The notes below the pieces were generated by a model that was given only the letters and a program-made list of their open reading frames with translations, ran no database searches and had not been told where the DNA came from. From Balanoglossus misakiensis (lineage: Eukaryota; Animalia; Hemichordata), in assembly GCA_040954595.2 (NCBI GenBank), contig CM082594.2, forward strand, positions 4,263,319 to 4,327,318: DNA of 64,000 nt. The letters are read 5' to 3'. Of this stretch, positions 50,201-60,700 are shown piece after piece; position 1 is the stretch's first letter; the number at the start of each line of letters is the position of its first letter. The translations under genes were made by a program, and so were the position numbers.

Positions 50201-52628
50201 TGACTGAACTATAAATCCCTAAGCAGGGTCTGAATATGATTTTGTATTTGGCGTTCCAACCTTTGACGTTTTGCATATGCATATTTTTGGTGCCTTTTTT
50301 TTGCTCCCACACAGCTTTAGAGAATCCGGCATGGGGTGAGTGGACAGACTCAGACAATGTGTTAGCCACATTTCAAGAGAAGGGATCCAAGATAAGGTCA
50401 AAGGTTAACACCCAGACAAAACACCTCATGAAATCTAGCAACTTGATTGTTAATGATTCTAACGCTAGAGTGGTGGGTTTCTCAAAATACAGCAAAGTAC
50501 CTTAAAACATAAGATTAATTCACGTCATCAAAACTACTGTAAATTTTAGGCCAGTATGTTTGCAACTACATGTCTCAAAGTGATGAAATTGATATTTTCT
50601 GGGTAATTTTGGTCTTACTTGTATCCCTTACTGTTGTTATAGGATTTAGAACGGCAAAGACAAGATCCAAGGATTGTGCATAGCAATTAAAAAGCAATTA
50701 AAGTTTCACCATCACCTGTGTCATCACTGAAAATCATGTGATCCGAGGGTCTTTTTCAAGAGGAAATAATTCATTTTTTTTTTTACAAATCCTTGGATTC
50801 TGTCGAAAGAGCATGCTGTTTTTTGGGTGCATGTTTTTACTTACATCCCTCCAATCTATAGCCCTTCCCTCTGCTCACTTGCGTCACAACAAGGCATACA
50901 CATTACCATTCTGACTTTATAGACACAGTAGTGATAGACATTCTGATGAAACGGATTTAACACAAAACCTAGAGTATATTGCTCCATTAACACTTCCTAA
51001 TGTACCTCACACAATACACTGTGTTGAAATACTCTTCTTACAATGTACTTTATGTGCAAGATCTCCTGATAAATTTGGAAACCAATCTACTTCACTAACA
51101 ATATAATAGAAATACTAATTAGTGTTAGATCTATGAATAATTAATATCTTTTAGTAATATACTAATTAAAGGCCCCTTCCAAATCTTTAGTTATCGACTA
51201 CACAACCTACTTAGAGTAGTAATGGTTAGTTTATGTACTAATTCAATGCATGAACTAATGCAACTAGTGTTACCATGGTTACAAATCACTTTATTGATTT
51301 GTATTGTATACCATTGCACGCAACAAAATGAAACCGTAGATGATGGACAAATGACAGTCAGTACTGGAATTCATGATCAGATGTCTGTATTCAAGATGGA
51401 ATGTTGGATGAATAATTCACTTGTTTCACATAATTGTGTGCTTATAAAGAATGTCTGCAAAAATTCATGAAAAGTTATTGCTTTGTAACGATTGCTTCAT
51501 CACAGTAGACGGATGCTAGACACATGCAAAGTAAAACTTTAATTGGGAAGATACATATCCCACATGATGGATTTTTATAGTCCTATTTCCACTTTAAAAT
51601 TTGTAATTATTGTCAGTTTCCATACAGTAATACAGTGCTTCATTGAATGGCATCGAATTCATCTCTCTTCTCGCATCGCACTATGTGCCTGTGGTGTGGA
51701 CAGTATACACAGCCACCATTATTTTGGGGTCTCACTCTCACCCAAAACATTTCATTTGCATGTTGAATTTGGCAGTGCTATACAACATATGGTACACGCA
51801 CAGGACCACGCAGGATTTTCGTCAAGCCTGGTTTTTGTTTGTGTTTGTTTGCTGTGTTTGGCATTTTTTGTTTAGGTTGAACAGCTTTCTGCCACTAGAA
51901 GTGTGTGCTGAAAATCATAGAACCAGTTTTTCCTGTAAATGTAGATTTAGAGTGTGTGTTTCTGTGCAACTGAAGATGGCTTCCAAAGTTCCATTTTAGA
52001 AATGGTACACAAATACAGAGAAAAGAACCTTGTTTATACTCAGTAATGTGAAATCAGAATTTAAAATGAAATACTTTCAGAAAGGAAATTTAGTATTTTA
52101 AATAGTGTGGAGTATATATAGATGTGAGTTGTTATGTTAATTTAAACGTTTGGTGTTTGCAGGTATGACACGTCAACAACCGCCTGGTCTGAGGGCCGCA
52201 CGGTTTATGACAATGTCACCTACGAGGCGGAGACGGAGACTGTAGCAATGGAGGACGTGGTGAACGGTGACCCGCAGCCATTCCTCTTGGAGTCGAACCA
52301 GCCGACTGAGGACCCCACGCTAGATGACGGCCTCGAGATAATGGCGACTTTCAAGGGCGAGAGCGACGCCGTCCCAAAACCGGACGAGAAGGAGGAACTC
52401 GAGAAGGATGCAGACACAGACAGCGACGGAGAGGTCAAGCTGCTTATCGAAGATGACGAGGCGAAAGACCCGCACACGTCCGACAAAGCGGACAGCGCCA
52501 TCGATGGCAGCGACAGCGGACACGAGAACGGTCCAGAACACAGCGATGGTTCCGTGACAGTCGACGTCAGCAACGAAGACCCGAATGAGAGTATTACACT
52601 GAGTACTTTCAAACCAGCTGGCGAATAA
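35242..52628 (+). CDS. Type I transmembrane mucin: signal peptide, Reeler domain, Thr-rich tandem repeats, SEA, EGF-like, TM, acidic cytoplasmic tail (~1,134 aa, 10 exons)
   Basis: Exons 35242-35425, 43835-44075, 44709-46549, 46635-46750, 46949-47007, 47415-47572, 48037-48199, 48390-48445, 48683(or 48689)-48803, 52163-52628, all phase-compatible. Reeler motifs: YSPGTEIQVTL, FEGYFIQA, VTWVAP, FVATVV..YW. SEA: WHEDYENPTSERY, LRFIQGSVIP. EGF: CLNNATC..CDCTSSYEGDRCE. TM: WVGIMAGIAIGLIVIIGVGYLIYITC-RR. Confidence 0.85.
41200..41358. repeat. (GAAT/GAAC)n microsatellite
   Basis: Direct read. Confidence 0.95.
41419..41900. mobile_element. Non-autonomous DNA transposon with TTAA target duplication and AGG...CCT ends (Kolobok-like), 482 bp
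   Basis: TTAA|AGGCACATAAGCTGTAACT ... AGTTGCAGCTTACGTGCCT|TTAA, a 19-bp TIR with 2 mismatches. Similar lone left ends occur at ~17332 and ~25010. Confidence 0.8.
44970..46430 (+). repeat. Coding mucin (PTS) tandem repeat array
   Basis: PGAP anchors at 45121, 45349, 45577, 45715, 45853, 45991, 46126, 46261, 46399 (spacings 228,228,138,138,138,135,135,138), built from ~30-bp TTTVTTxExP subunits. Confidence 0.95.
47573..47770. repeat. (TTGTG/TTGTA)n pentanucleotide microsatellite beginning at a splice donor
   Basis: Direct read. Confidence 0.95.
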
Positions 52629-55422
52629 ATTCATTATCAACAGTGAATTTTTAAGTGGGTATTTTTCTATGTGCATGTATGAATTCACAAGATGTATAAA
52701 ATTTGTTATGGTGTATATTTATTGTGCGGATTTAATATGAATTATGCAGAAAGTGATTGGTCATGAAAAAAGAATAAAAGTGTTTGATAATATTTTTGTG
52801 AGCAATGGTGAACGTTGCAGTTTTAGGTTTTTTAAATTGAGACTGACATAAATTGTATAGGAGAGAAGTTTCTGGAATCTTTGCTGAATGAAAGCCTTGA
52901 CGTCTGCCAATAATGTGCCAAAGAGTGTTTCCATCGTTCAACTCTCCTTTGGTGAAGTATTATGTGAAAGGGCTGGATATTATTTCTGGCAAAGTTCCAG
53001 TACATATTCTTGTACATAGATGAGATAAGAAATTTTATGAGTGCGTACCTGCATTATTCAGCTTTTTAAATGGTTTCAACGTTTTCAACTATTAATGGTA
53101 ACGGTAACACAGTTGACTTTTCTTATACATTTTATGTAGTGGACACTTGGTGGAATTTAGGGACACATTGTCAAATTTGTTTTGGGTCAGTTACAGAATG
53201 TTATATTCTCTTAGTTCAGTAACTTATAGTATCATTTTGTCTGTATATATGTTGGAAGTGTACGATATCAAATATCATGCAATATGTGGATGTGTGCTAT
53301 ATTCAACAAAGCCTTTAAAATTAAATTTGTGTGCTGCAAATATGTGAACCTGCAACTCACCCCCACATCTTTGTTTAGGTCCATAGTTTTTAATTGCATG
53401 GCCAGATCCATTGGCAGTGCTTAGGGGTGTAAGGGCTATACTTTAAGTGACGCAGGAAAGTTACATGACCTTTCCTTATCCAAGAGTTTGTACTTAAATT
53501 CATTTTATTATTTTAAAAGTATTTTTTTTTTTCATTTTACGCTATCTGAATTGAATGTTCAGGTACACTGTAGTAGTTTTGGTGGCTGTTTTATTATGAA
53601 ATATGTTACATATTGAAAGATTTCCAACCTCATAAATGCCAGTCCTTCATGATAACTACAGCACGTAAAATAATTATTCTCTTGAAAAAAACATGATATA
53701 CAATTTTGATCTTTGACTTCAGTGGTAAACTGGCTTTTAGAGTCCGATCAAATTTTGGCCTTTTTTCATCAAGATTAAAAACAAAAATTTTTACAGAATA
53801 AAAGTGATGGTAAACTTATAGTTAGGTTGTTTCCAATTCTCACAAAGCCTACATCGAAATCGCAATATTTCAGACAAAAACACCATTAATAGAGTAAAGT
53901 AGCTAGGTCAGTATTGACAAATAGAAGAGTGTATGTTATTTATTTACTCCAACCCATCAAACGAGGCTGATTTATGTGATCAGATCAACAAAGGGTTTGT
54001 ATCAGTGAGACTCAGTCAGTACAGTGTCTGTATTTGACCTTTGCAGAGACAAGAATATCACAGCTATGACACCACTAATATTCAGGATGGCACTATTAAT
54101 ATCTGTGGCTGGTCCACAGCAAACTCTTTTGCCTGAATAAAAAAGTCATCACATGTACACGAGATATACTTTTCGAAATCACCATTGTGTCTTATAACCC
54201 TTCTTTCTACAGACACGCTTTGGACAAATCTACAAAGGTCAAAGACCACAAAATAGCCAGAAATCAAAATGTTCTTAAGACCTTTCACCAATATTAGTTG
54301 CCACTTCAGGTTAGATGGTTATTATTTTTTATTTAAAAAAAATAAGATAGCAACCCATTTTCCTTTCGTTTTGGCAAACTATACTTAACATTGTCAATGT
54401 CTTGAAGATATGACACCTTTTCATGTGTCTTCACGTATAGTACTTAGATTTTACAGAAACATTTTATCCATTCTTTCAGTGTATCTTGTATTTCAGAATC
54501 AAATTATGGAATGGAAATTAGAAGACTTTTTACTAGAAACAGATTTTTTATTGTTCAGTCACATGAATACAGAATTTACATTTTGTGATTTTTTAAAATA
54601 ATTTCTGAACAGGGAAAAACTGCTATCTCTATGTATGACCCAGAAATTATTCTCCTGTAGCAGTTTTCAAGCATTTTCCCTTTAGTGTTCACATTAAGAT
54701 ATCTTTACTGTTACTCTCAATGCCTCTTCCTTATAACCTGGGTCTTGGAAATGGAGTTGGCAATTTCTATATCTCATTCCATTTTTTTTCTGTAAATGTG
54801 CATATCTTTCAACTGAGAATAATTTTGGTTATATATTTAATAAATATCATGGTCTTCCAAAATACTGTCATTTGTTGGGGTTTTGGATTGCTATGGATAT
54901 CAGATTTCCGAAATCTGTCTATGTTATTCCCCATGATAATGACAATAAAATTGTCTTGAGAAAAGTAGCGTAAGGAAGACAGTAGCACAATTTCACTAGC
55001 ACCCAAGAAACTTGGAGTTGGTCATCCCTCAAGTATTTGTTGTAAAACAGAATCTCAAGCATACATGTAGCATTAGCACATACCGGTATAAAGGAAACAA
55101 TTTCTTTTGTTTTGGGAAGAATTTTTAAAGCCGTGAATTTATTACTTATTTAAAAACTACTACATTTCAAAATAAGTCTCAGATTGTACATTTAACATTC
55201 CAAAGAAATTCTCAAATTGATTCAGAGCTATCGAAAAAAAATTCTTTCTTGTTTGAGGGCACACCGATCAACATACAAGGTAGTAATACCATAAGCACCT
55301 ATGAAAAAGCATGTTTGATTTTGATGTTAGACTGACAGACTCGTCCCAATGAAAATGCCAGGATGTAAAGGTCATACAGGGGTCATGGAAATATCTCTGG
55401 AGTCACTGTCTCACTCTTTACC

Positions 55423-58400
55423 TCATTCTTGTGTGGATGGAAATATCTTATTGTGAAGGTAGGTCTTCAACTCTGCCATTGTTTCCAGTTTATCAAGTTC
55501 AAAATGATTCACCTGAAACAGAAGCAAACTTGAACTTAAATCAATCTGTTTTGTGTCAGGTGGTTGAGGCACCACTTTCAAAGCAAAGCGATTATTCTTG
55601 TTACAATGCATAGAGACATATAAGTTAGTTTCGTTTGATATTCCCTGGGCTTCTGGACAATTTAACAAAGTAACAGAGGTCAATGATCCAGTAGCGCAGC
55701 TTTATGATATTCAATAATCTCTTCTATGCTTTTAACCCTTCCCTTTTTAACCTGGCTTGAAAACAAACAACTGACAAATGATATCAGGGTGTCAGGCCAG
55801 GACAGGGTACAGAAGGTCAAACGGAGAGCTAATTATGGAACTTTATGATGCTGTAAAATTGTATCTACAGATTGGCTTGATTGATCCACCTTTTTCTTGT
55901 TCCCATTTTTCTAGTTCTTGGTGGTGTGACAACACTGCAAGAATGATGGGTCATGGTGGTAATATCACGTGCAGTGCCCGCTACCCCCCAAAAAACAAAT
56001 GGTTTCTCCTTTCCAGACTACTGTGGCAGTATACACTTACTTGAATGACGCCATATCCCATTTTATGCAGGTGTCTGTTTTGCATATCTTGTCTCGACAG
56101 GAGAATTTCACTATTACTGCAGAAAAACATCTTGTCTTGCACAAGTAGGACAACTCTGCAAGTGAAAGTGAAACAAGACGAGAGTTACATCTAAAATCTT
56201 TAAGCCAGAATCCACCAAATGTCATTCAAAATTATCACTAAAACTAATCTAACACAACATTATAAACAAGTCTATTGTACTAAAATGTAATCTACGTATA
56301 GATGAGTGAAGTTTATTCTGGCTCTCCTTCTAATAGTTGAGTACGTGTGAACTTGTAAAACGTCATGACCTAAAGGACATTGAGAAAACACTACAGAATT
56401 CGACATTCTTCATTCCCCTACCTTCTGAATTTGCTATTCTGTGGTGACTGTAGTAAAATATCATCTCTCTGTGAGGTAGACTTTGACATAAATTCCAGTC
56501 CGACATCTGACCCTGTGCTGGTCAATTCCTCGGGCACATCTTTGGAGGAGTCATGTGTCTTTTCACTTGAGTCCACCTCGGCACTTCCATGGTGGGCAAG
56601 TGGGGACATTTGCAAGCCAGGAAGTTCCATTGTCAAGTTACTCCTCCCATACGTGCTGTAGAACGCTTCATTTCCAATCAGAGCTCGGGCGTCAGAATCA
56701 TCATCGCTGTCCCGAGAATCATACACAGGATTTTTAGAGAAAACCTCATTTCTGATATCAGAGTCAGATTTCACATCCCTGTCAAGTTTTTCGTCCGCCA
56801 AGTTCTGTTCATCTTCAGTCACTTGATGTAATAAACTGTGAGAAGTCCACTGTCTGTCATTTTCAAACTGTGGTATGGCTGCCTCTCTCTGATTGGCTGC
56901 ATGACCTGATGACATCACGCTGTTCGCTGACGTGTGATTGGCTCTTTCTCCTTGTGACATCACACTCTTAGGAGTTACATTCTCACTCTGTTCCCGCTGT
57001 GCCTCATCAAGCCCACTGACATGATCATCTACTTGCAGGAAGTTGCCATTGCTATCAATATGTAGTTCAAAATCTAAAATAAAGTAATATAGCGAGTCAA
57101 TGATCATTTTTACGGTCCCCACATGCCACCCCTAATCCTGGTATGTAGCATTCAAAAAAACACATTTGACTGTAAGAAAAATGCAGTTTTGCTTGAAAGC
57201 AACCTATTTCTCATTGTCACCAATCAGTATTCAGGAAGAGAGTGACATCACTTGATTTAAATACAGAGACCTATAGGCCAATAATAATCATCCTGTACAA
57301 GACCAATCAGCAACCAGGATGTGTATGACATCATACCTCAGCGGCCAATAAAAATCACCCTGCCTGTGAACACTTACCAGCAGCGCAACCTGGTGCAAGG
57401 ACAGGTTGGTACAAATAGTACCGCTCGCCACCAGTCATTTCCTGAATTGCCGTCTTGACGTGATTCAGATAGGGGTTGTTACGCTGGTGGTAGGCTTGGT
57501 CAGTGTTGTAGAATGCAGACACCTGGACGACAAGATTAAGCGACATATTGAGTTAGCAAGATGTTTTAAACAGGATTGTTCTGAGACCATAATTCCACTG
57601 GACACCGTGAGTCACACCAACTCTGTCTGGACCCCCAAACTTCTTACCTACAGCAATTACAGTTGGGGTCAAGGACATTCGATGTCATGCAACGTTGGGT
57701 TTAACTTGATGAATAGTCTCTTGGAAGGAATTTGATATCACTATACCACACGTTATGACATGATTTGCTTGGAACATTGAATAAAAGCTCACCTTGATGT
57801 CCTGTGGTAATCGTGGTCCATTGTATGCTGGGCATTCCAACTCGACAGCTTGATCAATCATGCTCAACTTCACTTTAATGTCTTCGAATTGATTGGGACC
57901 ATCTGTGTATCAATGCAAAATATAATTTCATTCTCTCACAGTGAATTACAGTTTTTTAATAATTTATTTAATAACATTAATTAGAAATTGCTTAATTAGT
58001 ATGTGCACAAGTAACAGATACACGTAGTACAGATTTCAAAGTACATTTACTGTATATCTAGGTTTCATTCATAATGCTATACCTTTCTGTATTGTGCAAT
58101 ATGAGTACCCCAGTAAAGCTAACTCCTTCACATTTGTGTGAACCTATGTACTAAGCAACTGAAGTGCAACAGCCTTACTTATCCAGGGATATCTTCGAAA
58201 ATTAGAGCTTAAATGCAGAAGAATCTGGTTTCTTTTCATTGTAACTTACCAAATATACTGTCTACAAATTCATGAGTAAACATCTTCTCCAAAACAGACA
58301 CGGGAAAACACTTCATCTGGACCAATGACATCATCACATTGACTGTGGCCAGTGGGGACTCTTTGTATTCCTTCAGAAGAATCTTAAGAAAGACAAAGGG

Positions 58401-59952
58401 AAATGGAAATATCGGCATTGTATAATAGTGCTGAAAACTTGCAGCAATTTCATGAAACTTGTGCGCATCATAGCCACATGTATGAATTTAGCCACAAAGA
58501 CTATGGATATGGAGATTAGCCAATCACAGCTTTCACAGTGTTGCTGTATGATCATGAGACATTTAGCCTCACCCACCTTCAACCATTAATGGGCATATGT
58601 CATTTCAATGTGGTAAAGATGAAAAATATACAATAAACCATTCAGATTTACACAGTAGGGGTAAAATTGTTTTATATAGGATTTCATTTCAGGCAAATCA
58701 CTTTCTTTTCTGAGCCATGAAATTTTTAATATACCTCCTCCATCTTACTGAAGAGTTGCTCGTAATTTTCTGGCAGATAGTTGAGCTTGCCGACCGGTAG
58801 CATCAGCCTTTGCACGTCGTCAAGACCGAGGTAGTTTCCGTACTGGACAAGGTACTTTGACAATGCCTCCAGAAGCGACACACTCCTGACCGCATGGTGG
58901 GAGATATACTTGGCCAGGAGAATGAACACGTTCTGCGGTATGCTGTCGAAATGCTGGGGGAGATCGACGGCGAGGGACTGAAGGAAGCGGTCGTGTCGGA
59001 AGTAGAAGAACGCGCGGTTGTCGAGGAGAAGCTCCACGAGCTCCGGGTTGCACTTCTGCCATCTGACTGCGAAGGCCGCCAAATCGCCGATTTTCAGAAT
59101 GTCCATCCTCATGGGCGATCTGTTGAGTCCCAGGAAGACCGTGATCACGTCTGTCAAGTGTTGGCCGACGACGTAGAACCTGGTGTCCTGGTCGGTCTCC
59201 TCGGAGACGCTGGTCTCTACGTGAGGAGTGTACTCGTCTCTGTAATAACTCAAGAGTGGCACTAGAGTCCTGTGGCTTGTCACTACATCCAGCTGCCCCG
59301 CGATCTGTTTCGCACACGCCTTGCGCAGGGGCGTTTCTGTGGCCTGCATTATGTTGAGATACTCCAAGAGTTTGGAGAGGTCGATCAGGCTGAAGGACTC
59401 CAGTCGCCTCTCGCACTCCGAGGCGACGGCGACAAACAGCACGTGGTCGTGCGGCAGCCGCAGGGTCATCATCGACTGCAGCGTCTGCACCAAGTTGCGG
59501 TTGTTCAGCTCCGAGCAGTGCAGCGCCAGGTGCGTGCACATGGGCTCGAACGCCGCCCAGTCTGTGAAGTCGGCAGGTTGGCCCTTTCTCTTACACAGCT
59601 CGATGGCGTACGAGATCGCGATGGCGACGTGGTGCGGGTACACTTTGGCGGGGTTCTGAGTGATCAGCTGGAACACGTTCTCGACGGTTGGGGAGTTCAC
59701 GATGATCTTGAGCAGAGTGTCCTTCGGTCTGCTGCGGTAACTTCGGAAACTGCTGCACCCAGTCGATTGCTCACGAAGGATGGACTGCCAAGATCCACAG
59801 TGATGTCGATTCTTCCAAGCCCATGAACTTGAGGTTCTCACTGCCACAGACTGTAGACATAACGTCTGTGCTTGAAATTGAGATGCCGATAGGATGCAAA
59901 ACGAACCTCTCTTGGCTGGCTGTAACAGCCTTCTAGCGATGTGCATCAGCAT
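55423..59952 (-). CDS. FASTK: FAST kinase family mitochondrial RNA-binding protein, FASTK orthologue (820 aa, 7 coding exons)
   Basis: Exons 59952-58735, 58382-58250, 57902-57793, 57522-57378, 57073-56422, 56155-56041, 55512-55423. Arg-rich N-terminal presequence. Motifs QNPAKVYPHH, PVGKLNYLP, PLATVNVMMSLVQMKCFP, DQAVELECPAYNGPRLP, and RAP domain RVVLL..FC..RHLHKMGY..ELKTYL. From memory these match human FASTK (QNPSKVRAHH, PLATVNILMSLCQL, DTAVELELPGYRGPRLP) better than FASTKD1-5. Confidence 0.85.
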
Positions 59953-60545
59953 CCTTTCACTTCTTCATCAGATTTATCTAAAGACAGATACAAGCAATTT
60001 TTTTTTGTCAATTTATCCCATGCATTTTATGCTTGTTATGCCAAACTGAAATATTTGTGCTTCATTTACTCAAGAAAAATAAGTTTACCTATAATTTGTA
60101 AACTTCACTTCTGAGCATATATTATATACATGTAGGTCATGCAATGAAAATCAAAACACATCTGCTGAACAACAGTCCCTCCATCATGGATTGCAAGAGA
60201 TACTCTGGATAGTCATAAACTACACTTATATGTGTATTGTGTTGGTGTGCTTATAAATCTATATAACTAAAGAATTATTATAAATAAATCACAGAAATAT
60301 CAGATGTTTCTCTTTGTTGCACACAGTAGGTTGAGTACATTTACATTCATAGGTTGGTTACATTTTGCTAAATTTACACCTAGACCTTGGAAAGGAAATA
60401 CATTGGCATTGATTATCTAGGAATGTATTAGGAAACACACACATGGCACAGTCGCGCAAACCGTCGCCTAGCGACGATTTGCGCGTCTGTAGGAGACACG
60501 GTCACTCCATGAACGTCCTAGAGCTTTCCTCCGTCTGGACAATAC

Positions 60546-60700
60546 CTGTTAAATGTTATCCATCCACAAGCGATCCTTCATTCCATTCCACATGTTTCAG
60601 TTCAGATGTAACCATGCCTGGCAATCTGCAGCAGCCGACCAGGTCAAAGGTGAATATAGAGCGCCCCCAACATGGGTCAAGTAAGGTCAAAGCAAAATGG
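60546..60700. promoter_or_regulatory. Compact bidirectional promoter shared by FASTK (-) and IGBP1 (+)
   Basis: Likely FASTK non-coding exon-1 donor AACAG|GTATT at 60546/60545, with acceptor near 59978. IGBP1 ATG at 60697. Contains DR1 AGGTCA-A-AGGTGA (60641-60653), DR4 GGGTCA-AGTA-AGGTCA (60674-60689) and YY1-like AAAATGGCG. Confidence 0.6.

Noticed and set aside
58820-59826. Several overlapping ORFs of 112-239 aa
   Set aside because: Shadows of the GC-rich large FASTK exon.
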